Position numbers and translations under genes: made by a program. From NCBI GenBank assembly GCA_963751025.1, contig CAVVTC010000005.1, positions 312,304-376,303 on the forward strand: a stretch of 64,000 nt of DNA, given 5' to 3'. This document shows, in pieces, positions 32,359-43,302 of the stretch (its first letter is position 1; each line of letters opens with the position of its first letter). The notes beneath the pieces were generated by a model. The model was not told the DNA's origin and ran no database searches. It saw only the letters and a program-made list of their open reading frames with translations. Source of the DNA: an uncultured Acidobacteriota bacterium. Lineage in GTDB: Bacteria; Acidobacteriota; Vicinamibacteria; Vicinamibacterales; UBA2999.

Positions 32359-34306
32359 GCGATCTGAGGGACCGCCCGCCGAAGGCTCGACACCAGACTC
32401 GCCACGTCCAGCTTGTGATGCGCGAGCACCTCGTCGTTGGTGCCGCACTCGGGAAGCGCCATCACGCCGACGCGCGCACACGCGCGAGGCCGGCTCGAGG
32501 CCGAGCTCGGCGATCGCCGTGGCGACCATCTCGCCCTGCCCGCCCTTCAGGTAGTGATTGTCGAGCGTGACGATCGATCGACGGCCGCCGACGATTTCGC
32601 GCAGCCACCGCAGGTCGATGCGGTTCAGCCACGGCAGGTTGACCAGGCGGATGCTGGCGCCGGTGCTCTTCTCGATCTCCTCGGCCGCCTCGAACGCGTT
32701 CGACAGCAGCCATGGGCCGTAGCCGAAGCAGATCGCATCGTCGCCATCGCGGACGATCCAGCCCTTGCCGATCTCGACCTTGTGGTGCGACGGATAGTCA
32801 AAGGGCATCGGCCACTTCACCGACACGAGGCGGAGGTACACGCTGTCGATCGCCGAGTTGACGAGCGTAGTCGACGAGCGCGCCGACCTCGGCCTCCATG
32901 CACGGCTCGAGCAGCGACGAGGTTCGGCACGCCGCGGAGCGCCGAGATGTCGCGCACCGACTGGTGCGAGTGGCCCGGACCGCCGGGCAGCAGGCCGGCC
33001 AGCGAGCCGACGTAGATGACCTTCGTGCCCTCGCTGCACTGGTTGTAGATCTGCTCGTTGGGCCGCGCCGACAGGAAGCAGGCGAACGAGTGCACGATCG
33101 GCAGCACGCCGCGGCGCGCCATGCCGCCGGCCATCGACACCATGTCCTGCTCGGCGATGCCGCACTCGACGAAGCGATCGGGGTAGCGCTTCGCGAACTG
33201 CACCAGCCCGCAGTCCTTCACGAGATCGGCGTCGAGCGACGATCAGGTTCGGTGGCGCTCGCCCTGCCAGAGCAGCGCCTGCTCGTAGGCGGCGATCAGG
33301 TTGTCGGTCTGCCGCGGCTCGCGGCGCGGATTGCGCAGACGCGTCTCGGTCTTCACCGTCGCCGAGGCCGAGCTCGGCGAACAGCGCGTTCGCGGTGACG
33401 AGCAGCTCCGCCAGCCCCTCGGTGTACTGCTGCTCGCCCGGCGCGCCCGAGTGATAGCCGTACAGCTCACCCGCCGCCATCGCCGGACCTTCCATGAAGG
33501 AGACGCCCTTCCCCTTCACGGTGTCGGCGATGATCACCTTCGGCAGGTTCTCCACCTCGTCGAGCGCGCGGAACGTCCGTTCGAGCGCGGCGACGTCGTG
33601 GCCGTCGCAGCGGACGACGTGCCAGCCGAAGGCGCGGAACTTGGCCTCGATGTCGCCGAGATCGCTGACGCTGCGGACCCAGGTGTCCGACTGAATCTTG
33701 TTGTGATCGACGATCGCGACGATCTCGCCGAGCCCGCGATTGGCGGCCGATCCCAGCGACTCCCAGAACTGCCCTTCCTGCAGCTCGCCGTCGCCGGTGA
33801 GCACGAAGACGCGGCGTTCGTTGCCGGCCAGACGGTTGGCGAGCGCCATGCCCTTGGCCTTCGAGATGCCCATGCCGAGCGAGCCGGTGTTGGCCTGGAT
33901 GTACGGCGTCTCGACGTGCGGATGCCCCGGCAGGCCGTGCAGACGACGCAGCTGGTGCAGCTTCTCGTCGGGCAGCAGGCCGAGGCCGATCAGCACGCTG
34001 TAGAGCGCGGGCGCGTCGTGCCCCTTCGACGAGAAGAAGACGTCGCACGCCTGCGGGCCCTTCGTCGAGATCGCGAATCTCGTTCAGGAACAGCCAGCTC
34101 ATGATCTCGAGCGAGCTGAAGCTGGTGCCGATGTGGCCGGACCACGCGCCGGCAATCATGTACAGCGTGTTGATGCGCGCCAGCGCGGCGAATGCGCTGG
34201 CCCGGGCCACGTCGGGCACGTTGGCGTCGAGCAGGCGATTGAACTCGTCAACGGGAACGAACTGAAGCTCGAGCGCTTCGCCCTGGTCGGTCTGTATGTC
34301 ACCCAT
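32355..34306 (-). CDS. Fused transketolase-like TPP enzyme (N-terminal TPP-binding plus C-terminal Pyr/C domains in one gene), with about 8 frame changes traced
   Basis: Motifs are GHIGTSFSSLEIM, SSKGHDAPALY, GSLGMGISKAKGMA, LTGDGELQEGQFWE and VDHNKIQSD. The second half carries ECGIAEQDMVSMAGGMA, GPGHSHQSVRDISALRGVPN and LVNLPWLNR. The stop overlaps the HAD start (ATGA). Confidence 0.8.
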
Positions 34307-34346
34307 CAGCGTCGGGCGGGTCCTGCCTTTCGGACCCGCCGGTCCT

Positions 34347-35160
34347 TTATGTTCTCACTGTTGCGAACGGTTCCTGCGTCAGCTTCGGCAGCGCGACGGT
34401 TCCGTCCGCGAGCAGGCGCTCGGCCACGATCCAGTCAAAGCGCATCGTTGATGTCGAAGCCTTCGTAGCCTTCGGTCAGGAACGGCACGAGCACGTCGCC
34501 GGCAATCGTCCGGCGCTCGCGGACGACGCGCGTCCAGGCGATCTCGAGCGACGCGTTCTGCACGTAGACCGGCGGCAGCGCCTGATACGGCGTGCTGTGC
34601 CACGGCTGTTCTTCGCGTGGGCCGCCTTCGTGGGGGCCGCCTTCGTGGGGGCCGCCTTGCAGGCGGCCCTGCCGTGCCGAATGGCAGCAGCGGAAACATC
34701 CGCTGCCCCCGCACCACCCACATCTTGCCCGGATGCTGGGCGCACTGCTCGACCGCACGCAGCGAATCGACGCCCGGCTGCGACGTGAACGCTGCCCACG
34801 CCCGCCGAATCGTCGCCGCGGTGCGAAACGGACTGGTCGGGCGCAGCAGGCTGAAACAGTCCCACGTGCGGCCCCGCGCGCCAAGCTCGGCAAGCGTGTA
34901 TTCGAGCCACTCGATGTCGGGCGACGTGTCGCTGGCGAGCGCCGCCGGACGCAGGAACGGCACCTCGGCGCCGTAGTGGCGCGCAATCGCCGCGATCTCC
35001 TCCGAGTCGGTCGAGACGATCACGGAGTCGAACACCTGCTCTCGAGCGCCGGCGCGATCGTGTAGGCAATCATCGGATGCCCGCCGAGCACACGCACGTT
35101 CTTTCCCGGCACGCGTTTGGAGCCGACTCGCGCCGGGATGAAGGCAACCGCTGACGGCAT
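34347..35160 (-). CDS. Acylneuraminate-type (NeuA/KdsB fold) cytidylyltransferase, copy 1. The frame changes at the internal tandem repeat (34617-34669) and near 34438.
   Basis: Motifs are AVAFIPARVGSKRVPGKN, IVSTDSEEIA, LLRPTSPFR and PWHSTPYQALPPVYVQNASLEI. The tail FDWIVAERLLADGTVALPKL ends at TAA (complement of 34347-34349). Confidence 0.8.
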
Positions 35161-36638
35161 CAGACCTGACTCGGATTGTGATTGATGTAGATCGTCTTGA
35201 GATCGGAGTAGACGTCGAGCGCCTGCGTCCCGGCTTCGCGCCAGCCGTTGCCGGACTGACGCAGGCCGCCGAACGGCATGTGCGGCTCGCTGCCGTAGGT
35301 GCCGCCGTTCACGACCGCGACGCCGGACTGAATCCGGTTGAGGAACGTCATCGCCCGGTTGATGTTCTGCGTGTGGATCGACGCGGTGAGCCCGAACGGC
35401 GAATCGTTGGCCAGCGCGATGGCCTCCTCGAAGCTCGAGACGCGATACAGACACGTGATCGGACCGAACAGCTCGCTGCGCGTGATCTCGTCGTTGGCGC
35501 CGACCTGCTCGATGATCGTCGGCGCCACGAAGTACCCGTCGCCGTACGCCGCGCCGGTGAGCCGCTGGCCGCCGGTGAGCACCGTGGCGCCGCGCCGCCT
35601 TCGCGCGCTCGACCGCGCCGAGCATGTTCGTCATCTGCTCTTCGTTGATCACCGGCCCGTAGTCGTCGGTGTCGGCCGTGCCGACCTTCAGCTTCTCCGC
35701 CGCGTCGACCAGCATCGCCTTGAAGCGATCGTATACCCCGTCGAACACGATGATGCGGCTGCCGGCCGCGCAGCGCTGGCCGGCATTGCTGAACGCCGAG
35801 CCGAGCGTCCACGTCACCGCATTCTGCAGATCCGCATCGTCGCAGACGATGAGCGGGTTCTTGCCGCCGAGCTCGAGACAGGTCTTGGCCAGCCGGCGCC
35901 CCGCCGTCTCGGCGATCCAGCGCCCGACCTCGCACGACCCCGTGAAGCTGACGACGGCGACGTCCGGATGCTCGACGAGCGGCGCGCCGGCCTCCTCGCC
36001 GAAGCCGTGCAGCGTCGTGTAGACGCCTTCGGGCACTCCCGCTTCGCGCGCCAGCACGCCGAAGGCCCAGGCCGAGAGCGGCGTGTCCTCCGCCGCCTTG
36101 AGAATCGCGGCGTTGCCGCAGAGCAGCGCCGGAAACGCTTTCCACGCGACGTTGGCGATCGGCGTGTTGGCGGCGATGATCAGTCCGGCGACGCCGAGCG
36201 GCTGCCGCACCACCATCGCCGCTCTTGTTCGGCACCGCGCTGGTCGTCGTCTGGCCGTAGAAGCGGCGGCCCTCGCCGGCGACGAAGAACCCCATCTCGA
36301 TCGCCGCGTCGGTCTCGCCAAGCGCGTCCTTGCGCGACTTGCCGGTCTCGCGCGCGACCAGATCGGCGATCGCGCCGCCGATGCTCCTGCATCAGCATCG
36401 CGATCTGGCGGAGGATCTCGCCGCGCTTGACGACCGTCGTCGCCGCCCACGCCGGCTGCGCCTTCTTCGCGCACTCGACGGCGGACTGGACGTCGGCGGC
36501 GCTCGAGCGCGCCACGCGGCAGCACTCGCGGCCGGTGGCCGGATCGATCTTCGAAAAGGTGCGGTTGTCGGCGGCGGCACGCTCGTGGCCGCCGATCTGG
36601 TTCGGGACAGTCGCCGGGATCGAGAGATCGATGCTCAC
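35160..36638 (-). CDS. NAD(P)-dependent aldehyde dehydrogenase, with at least 3 frame changes. The start is GTG 36638 or ATG 36686.
   Basis: Motifs are KKAQPAWAA, ANVAWKAFPALLCGNAAILKAAEDTP, FTGSCEVGR, ELGGKNPLIV, FSNAGQRCAAGSR (catalytic Cys) and GSEPHMPFGGLRQSGNG. Confidence 0.85.
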
Positions 36639-36728
36639 GTAGTCACCACTGGAGCATTGTTGATCCAGGCGTAGTAGGGGAACCACTCCGTAAAGTACCG
36701 TCTGGACGCTGCGACGCAGCGCCGGCTA

Positions 36729-37544
36729 TCACCACGCGGTGAAGCCCCCGTCGACGCGCAGCTCGTGGCCGGTGACGTACGACGAGGCCGGCGAGGCGAG
36801 GAAGATGAGCGGGCCCTTGAGATCCTCGGCATCGGCCATGCGACCGAGCGGCACGCGCGCGCCGTACTTCGCCTTGAACTGATCGTCCTGACCCGCCAGC
36901 ACGCCGCCCGGCGACAGCGTGTTCACGCGCACGCCGCGGCCGGCCCAGTGCGTCGCGAAGAACTTGGACAGGTTGACGACCGCCGCCTTCGACGCGCCGT
37001 AGGCCGGCGACTTGATGAACGGCGCGTTCCCGGCGAGGTGATCGTAGAAGTGCGGGTCCGGCGACACCGAGGCGTAGAGCGAGCCGATGTTGATGATCGA
37101 CCCGCCGCCGCGCTGCCGCCATCCGCTCGCCGAACACCTGCGTCACCTGAAACGTGCCGAGCAGATTCACCTCGACCATGCGGCGGAACTCGTCGATCGG
37201 CAGCTCGTGCAGATGGTGCCGGCCGCCGGGACTGTCGGGCGGCTGGTCGATGCCGGCGTTGTTCACGAGGATCGACGGCTCACCGAGCGCGCTCGGCGAC
37301 GCGCCCGCGGCGGCCTCGATCGACTCGCGTCGGTGATGTCGCAGTCGAAGCACTGGAGCGCCGTCGCCGGCGCAGCCGCGTCAGCTCTTCGAACCGCGGC
37401 GGTCGGGGACGCGCTGCCAGAGTCGAGGGCGGCGACGCGCGCGCCCGCTTCGAGCGAGCGCCTCGGTCCAGACGGCGCCCAGCTTGCCGCAGGCGCCGGT
37501 GACGACGGCGATGCTGGTTGTCGAGGCGAAAAGCGTCCGCTCAC
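36729..37544 (-). CDS. Short-chain dehydrogenase/reductase, with at least 2 frame changes. One lies in the homopolymer at 37529-37532 just after the GTG start.
   Basis: Motifs are IAVVTGACGKLG, ILVNNAG, YGASKAA (YxxxK), VRVNTLSPGG and SSYVTGHELRVDGGFTAW. GTG 37544 overlaps a TGA (GTGA). Confidence 0.8.
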
Positions 37545-38621
37545 GAAGCGCGCGAACTCGGCGTTCGGACTTGCTCAGCACGTCGAACGACAGGAAGTCG
37601 TCCTCGTGGAGCGGCTTGAGCGTCGTCCGGCCGATCACCGTGTCGAGCTCGTACGGCGGAATGCCGCCGCCCGGCGACTTCATGACGATGTCCTCGGGGC
37701 CGAGCACGTGACCGCTCGGCAGGTCGCGCGCGACGACCAGGCTCTTGCCCATCTTCACGATCGGCGCACGCTCGCTGTCGTAGATCTTCTTCGTGCCGTC
37801 GCCCATCGCCTTGAACGTGCGCTCGAGGTCGCGCACCATCTTGCGCAGACCGACCGGCTCGAGCGAGAACGCGTGGTCGGTGCCCTTCATCGCGCGGTTC
37901 AGCGTGAAGTGCTTCTCGACGATCCGCGCGCCGAGCATGTAGGCGGCGACCGGCATGGCGATGCCGTTGTCGTGGCTCGAGAAGCCGATGACCGCGTCCG
38001 GGAAAGCGATCGCGGTAGGTCGAGATCACGCGCAGGTCGAGCTCCTCGAACGCCGCCGGATACCCGGCGGTGCACTGCAGGATGGCCAGCTGCGGGTTGA
38101 TCGGCATGATCGCGTCGTAGGCGCGCTGCACGTCCTCGAGCTGCGCCCCGCCGGTCGAGACGATCATCGGCTTGCCGAACGACGCGACGTGCTTCAGCAG
38201 CGGCGTGCTCTTGAGGTCGCCAGAGGCGATCTTGTACGCGGGGACGTCGAGCGCTTCCAGGAAGTCGGCGCTGGCCATGTCGAACGCCGTCGCGAAGAAG
38301 TCGACGCCCAGCTCTTTCGCATAGGCCTGGAGCTCGATGTACTCGTTCGCGACCGAACTCGAGGAACTCGCGATGCTCGCCGTAGGTCGCGCCGAAGCTG
38401 TTCTCGTTGTCGTACGGCTTGTCGTAGGCGGCGCGGGTGTAGAGGCCGCGGTTGTCGCGCTTCTGCAGCTTGACCGCGTGCGCGCCGGCCAGCTTCGCCT
38501 CGCGGAACAGCTCGCGCGCCTTCTCGAGGCTGCCCTGATGGTTGTGGCCGATCTCGGCGATCACGTAGCACGGCGTGTGATCGCCGATCGCTCGCGAGCC
38601 GATGTTCAGTGTCCTGGCCAT
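37541..38621 (-). CDS. NeuB-family ulosonic acid synthase (N-acetylneuraminate/legionaminate/pseudaminate-synthase-like), with at least 2-3 frame changes. The 3' end is inferred from the GTGA overlap.
   Basis: GGAGA RBS followed by ATG 38621. Motifs are CYVIAEIGHNHQGSL, AHAVKLQKR, YKIASGDL, MIVSTGG, LQCTAGYP, GFSSHDNGI and ARIVEKHFTL, followed by a SAF-like tail ARDLPSGHVLGPEDI. Confidence 0.85.
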
Positions 38622-38632
38622 AGTCGTCTCCG

Positions 38633-39558
38633 TTAGGTGCGAACCACGGGCCGCAGCTGCGCCACCAGCTGATCCCATCCGTACTCGGCCGTGCGCGATC
38701 TCGCGCGCCGCGCGGCCGATCCGCTGCGTCTGCTCGACGTCCGGCAGCCGGTCGCACAGGTTGATGTCGATCACGTTCTGCATGTGGGCGAGCCCGGCCG
38801 GCGAGTGCTCGTCGAGGTTGGTGATCACCGCGCAGCCGACCTCCATCGCCGCGTTGACGGTGGTGTTGTTCGCGCGCAGGCCCTTTTCGAAGAACGCCGC
38901 GAGGAACGTGCAGTCCATCAGGTGATTGAAGACCGCCGTGTCGGACAGGTAGCCCATGAAGTAGACCTGCCCGTTGAAGATCGACTGCAGCTCCTCGAAC
39001 CGCACGACGAACGAGCCGTCGAAGCTGGTGTTCTCGTGCAGCGCCGTCGAGACGTACACCGAGTAGCTCTGGCCGGTGGCGTCGAGCAGGTCGCGCAGCC
39101 GGCGGTAGAGCGGCACGCGGATCTTGTGCGCCATGCCGAAGGTGAACACCGACAGCTCGGTCCGCTGGAACCGCTGCGGGTTGAGGATCGTGCCCGGGCA
39201 GAACAGCTCCTGGATGTCCGGGCGCATCGGCCGCAGCTGGGTGAAGAGCTCGCTGTTGCCGCAGTACACCTTCGCCGCCGCGGCGACCAGCCGCTGCTCG
39301 ATCTCGGTCCCGTCGAACGCGTGCAGAAACAGCTCGAACTGGCCCGACCGCGAACTGGCCCACAGGTCGAGATCCGCCGCATCGGCCGAGTCGAACTCCG
39401 AGAGCTTCAGGGACAGGAGCGGGCGGCGATGACTGCCGAGCTCGACGGCGCGCAGACCCGACCACGGGAACGTCGAGATATTTGGCCAGAATCGCGTTGA
39501 ATTTCGCGATCCCGCACGTCCACGGGTTCAGGTGATAGCCGGCGATACAGTCGATCAT
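38633..39558 (-). CDS. Hypothetical GT-B-like glycosyltransferase-type protein, with at least 2 frame changes
   Basis: MIDCIAGYHLNPWTCGIAKFNAILAKYL.. Later comes VYVSTALHENTSFDG.. Then NTTVNAAMEVGCAVITNLDEHSP (GT-B C-terminal look). The tail EYGWDQLVAQLRPVVRT ends at TAA. Confidence 0.4.
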
Positions 39559-39594
39559 CGTGTGTTTGGAAACTCGTCTGGCGAACGGTCCATC

Positions 39595-41298
39595 TTACCG
39601 AAAACACGGCAGGCCGGTCATGCGGTAATGCCCGGCCGCGGCGCGTCCCCGGAGCGTGAACACCTGAACCGGAGGTCCGGCTGGCGCCGGCAGGACGCCC
39701 GCGCGTTCGTACGACGCCATCACGTGATCGTGGATCAGCCGGAACTGCGGAACGAAGTGCGAGCTGTACGAGCGCTCGTCATCGAGCAGCACCACGGGAA
39801 CCGATTCGCGTCGCATCCGCGCGAGCGTGAGCTGCTGATCGCTCTCGAGCGTATAGAAGCCCGGGCGGAACGTCGGCTGGCCACCGGCGAACGAGCGCCC
39901 GGCGATCGCCAGAATCTCCGGCGCGTCGGCGACGACGAGCACACGGTCGGCGGGAGCCGTGCACAGACGCACGTACTCCGCGGCGTTCGGTTCCGGATCG
40001 GCTGGAGCGCCCGCGGGTGAAGACACAGGTGGAGGCAGCGCGCGAAGCTCCGTGGTCACGGCCGCGAGCCGCCGGCCGATCTTCTTGACGCTGTCGCCGA
40101 GTCCGGTCGTGTCGAGCTCGTGCCACACGCTGCCCGTGGTGGCGAGCGCCATCATCGTCGGCACCAGCACCAGCGCTGCGGTCGTCCACACCAGCCCACG
40201 CAGCCATGGCGCGCCATCCTGAAACCGTGACGGCAGCCAGGCCGCGAGGATGGCGAGGGGAGCGCCCAGATCGCCGAATCTGGCGCCGAAGTTGTTCCGC
40301 AGGAAGAAGCGATCGAGGATCAAGGCGAGCACGGCCAGGCTGGCGATCACGGCGCGGGTTTGCCGGGTGTCGAGATTCCTGGCGCGGGGTGCGCCGATGA
40401 GGACGAGCAGCGCCACGATCGGGATGGCGACACTGACGTCGTAGAGCCACGCCACCGCGTTGCCTTCCTCGGACAGAACCGACCAGATGCCGCCCGTCGA
40501 GGGCCCGAAGTGCGGCCAGCGGAACGTCGTGCGGTTGGCCTCCTGGGCGACGAGCGCGCGAGCCGTTTCGAGATAGGAGCCGATGCCGACGTAGTGCTGG
40601 ATCGAGTAGACAGGTAAGGCGAGCAGCAGCACGACCGTGCCCGCGTAGACCGCCAGCCGGTCGAACGCCTCGCGCCAGCGCGGCGTTCCCAGCAGCATCA
40701 GGATCGCGACCGGCGGTGCGAGATAGACCAGAAAGTCGTGGCGAAACAGGAACGCGACCGCGGACCACGCGCCGAGCTGCGCCGCACGCACGCGAGTCGG
40801 CTGCCGCACGTAGCGGAGGAACAGCGCCGCCGCGACGGCAAACACCAGTACTTTCGAATAGCCATACAGCTTGGTGGAGGCGAACAGCGTCGCGATCGTC
40901 GCGATCACCGCGGTCGCCCTGCCCGAGAGCTCGGTGGCGGTGCGAGCCGTGAGCGCGAGCGCGAATGCGAGCAGACCCACGGTGAAGACGGCTTCCGCGA
41001 AGAACGTCTCGCCGATCACGCGCTGCGCGAGCGCCGGCAGCTCGTAGGTCAGCGCCGGCCACGCGCCCATGACGCCGGCATCGGCGAAATCCCTGAGCGG
41101 ACGCTCGCCGTGCGCAACGGCCGACGCGCCCAGGGAGTAGATGAAGTGATCGCCGTCGAAGCCGCCGAGCGCGCCGCCGAGCGCGTTGAAGCGGTACAGG
41201 AAGGCCAACAGGAAAATGGCGATCGGTACGACCAGCGCGTGTCTGGCTGCGCGAGCAATCGCCTGACGGAACCCGGGCCGCCTCAAGGCGGCCCCCAC
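39595..41298 (-). CDS. P-family polytopic membrane protein, paralog P1 (567 aa, intact). Function unknown; proposed to be GT-C-like.
   Basis: Family motifs are YRFNALGG..GGFDGDHF, GERPLRDFAD, KLYGYSKV, AFLFRHDF, LRNNFGARFGD, CTAPADRVLVVADAPEI..RSFAGGQPTFRPGFY, and a terminal TGLPCFR. Confidence 0.7.
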   Translation of the reverse strand: MGAALRRPGFRQAIARAARHALVVPIAIFLLAFLYRFNALGGALGGFDGDHFIYSLGASAVAHGERPLRDFADAGVMGAWPALTYELPALAQRVIGETFFAEAVFTVGLLAFALALTARTATELSGRATAVIATIATLFASTKLYGYSKVLVFAVAAALFLRYVRQPTRVRAAQLGAWSAVAFLFRHDFLVYLAPPVAILMLLGTPRWREAFDRLAVYAGTVVLLLALPVYSIQHYVGIGSYLETARALVAQEANRTTFRWPHFGPSTGGIWSVLSEEGNAVAWLYDVSVAIPIVALLVLIGAPRARNLDTRQTRAVIASLAVLALILDRFFLRNNFGARFGDLGAPLAILAAWLPSRFQDGAPWLRGLVWTTAALVLVPTMMALATTGSVWHELDTTGLGDSVKKIGRRLAAVTTELRALPPPVSSPAGAPADPEPNAAEYVRLCTAPADRVLVVADAPEILAIAGRSFAGGQPTFRPGFYTLESDQQLTLARMRRESVPVVLLDDERSYSSHFVPQFRLIHDHVMASYERAGVLPAPAGPPVQVFTLRGRAAAGHYRMTGLPCFR

Positions 41299-41311
41299 GT
41301 CAGAGTCGTAT

Positions 41312-41812
41312 TCACCACCAATCGCGGCGCGGATTCGGATCGGTACGCGCCACGGCTCGCGCGGCGCTCATGAGATTGTCGATCGATCCCGGACCGCACG
41401 CAGGCCCGGCCGCGGCGGCCATTTGCTGAATGCCAATGAGCGCCGCGGGGATCGCAGCGGCCCGGTCGTCGCCGATCACCGTGATACCGTAAAGATGCCG
41501 TGCCAACTGCGTGCGCTGCGATTCATCGAGCCAGGTGGTTCCACATGCGACGAGCGCTTCGGCGAGCGCGCGGCTCGCCTTCGCGTCGGGCGGGAACGGC
41601 CCGAACGAGCGCAGTCGTTCGTCGATGTCAACGGCAGTGGACGACGGCGATCCCAACCGCGCTGCAAGGTCGATGATCTTCGCCTCCTGTTCCGGCGATG
41701 GCGGCGGCTCAGCCGTGGGCCGCCAGAGGGCAAGCGCGAGCGCCGCGATGACGACCATCGGCAGTGCCTGCAGCCACCCCGCGTACGGGTTGTGATCCGA
41801 CGTTTCGTTCAT
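41312..41812 (-). CDS. Small N-terminally anchored hypothetical protein upstream of P1
   Basis: Intact, 166 aa. The TM is LQALPMVVIAALALALW. The soluble part is Ala/Leu-rich. I do not recognise a family. Confidence 0.45.
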   Translation of the reverse strand: MNETSDHNPYAGWLQALPMVVIAALALALWRPTAEPPPSPEQEAKIIDLAARLGSPSSTAVDIDERLRSFGPFPPDAKASRALAEALVACGTTWLDESQRTQLARHLYGITVIGDDRAAAIPAALIGIQQMAAAAGPACGPGSIDNLMSAARAVARTDPNPRRDWW

Positions 41813-43302
41813 CTCGCGTCGCGGCTCGCTCCCCGACTCGTCTGTGTCGCGTGCATACCCGTTCTGACCATTGTGCTCGTCCGCTGGCTCTTTGGTGTAT
41901 CGGTCTCAGCATTCCGTCCCGTACTCAGCGACGAGGTCTATTACTGGCACGAGGCGCTCACGTTTGCGCATGCCGGCCTTCGGGGCGGTTACTACACACT
42001 CGAAGAAGTCACCAATCCGTCCGGATTCACGCCGTTCGGCCCGCACGGCGCGGGCTTCGTCATGCTTTACGGTCTGTTCGGCAAAGTGTTCGAATGGCAC
42101 CGCCACAGCATCCTCGTGCTGAATCTCGTCGCTATCGGCGCGGCGGCCTGGGTGTGGACGGCCTGCGCGCGGCTGTCGAACGCCAAGCTGTGGATGTCGG
42201 CGCTCCTGCTCGGCACGTTCTGGCAGATGGTCTTCTGGGCCTCGACCGGCATGCAGGAGTCCCTTCACCATGCCGGCGCCATCGTCATGGCGGCGCTGTT
42301 TGCGAACGTGCTCGCGTCGCCGCCGCGAACCTGGATCACGGTGACCGGCGCCGCGACGCTGTGTCTATTGGCTTTCGTCCGGCCGACGTGGATCGTCATC
42401 ATGCCGCTGTGGGCGCTCATCACCAACCGATACGCCAGCCGCACGCGCACCATTGCAGCGGTGGCGGCGTCACTCGCCGCCGCCGCCGTGATGCTGATGA
42501 TCTTCAATCGCACCGTCGCTCCGTACTCCCGCGGCTTCTCGTTCGTCGAGGTCTTCAGCCTGTCTGTCGGCACACGGTCCGTCCTCGAGAACCTGCTGTT
42601 CAATCTGAACCGGACCGTCACCTTCTCGGAATACGACGACCTCGAGATCCTGCACCGCGTTCAGGTACCTGGGGCTTTCTCGTCGCCTCGCTGGCGCTTG
42701 CGGTTGCACTGTGGTGGCGTCGGCTGAACTGGCGCTCGGGGCCCCTCGCGCACCTGGCTGTCGCGACAACGGCGATGTTCACCATCCTCGGGCTGATGCT
42801 GGTGCTGTATTCGCTCACCAACTGGGCCGAGCACCGGGTGCTGTCGGCATTTCTTCTGTTCGGCGCCCTGCTGACGCTCGCCGCCCCGGGACGCGCCCCT
42901 CTCGTGCTGGTCGCGGCGCTGATCGTCTCGAACGTGGCCACCGCCGGTACGTTCGTCCGCGTCTTCGAGGCCAAGCGACAGGAGCAGTTCATCTGGGATC
43001 ATCGCGGCGTGAACGTGTTGCAGGAGACGCTGGAGGCAAACCGGGTGGTCTACCGCAAGGACCAGTCACGCTGGTGCAACACGTTGTTGACCGCACAGGA
43101 GCCACCACACTTGATCGCCGTGCCAGCCGGAATCGGCATCTCGGTCGTCCGCGAATCCGATCAGATGTCGATGCCGCCGCGTTCGCGCTACCTGCTCCTC
43201 GACGAGTCGGCGCTCGCACATTTCCAGCGGCCGGTACGCGTGCAGCCGCTGGCGACACTGCCGTACGGCACGCTCTATCTGAACCTCGAATCGGGCTGCG
43301 AT
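41792..43302 (+). CDS. Polytopic membrane protein with an N-terminal DE motif (GT-C/ArnT-like look), with a frame change near 42660-42700. The start is uncertain and the open frame runs on into the MITE.
   Basis: The first TM is ..VCVACIPVLTIVLVRWLF. Then SDEVYYWHEALTFAHAGL follows. Many hydrophobic segments come next. The soluble tail ..FIWDHRGVNVLQETLEANRVVYRKD..LLLDESALAHF.. has no stop until 43449, inside the repeat. Confidence 0.5.
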
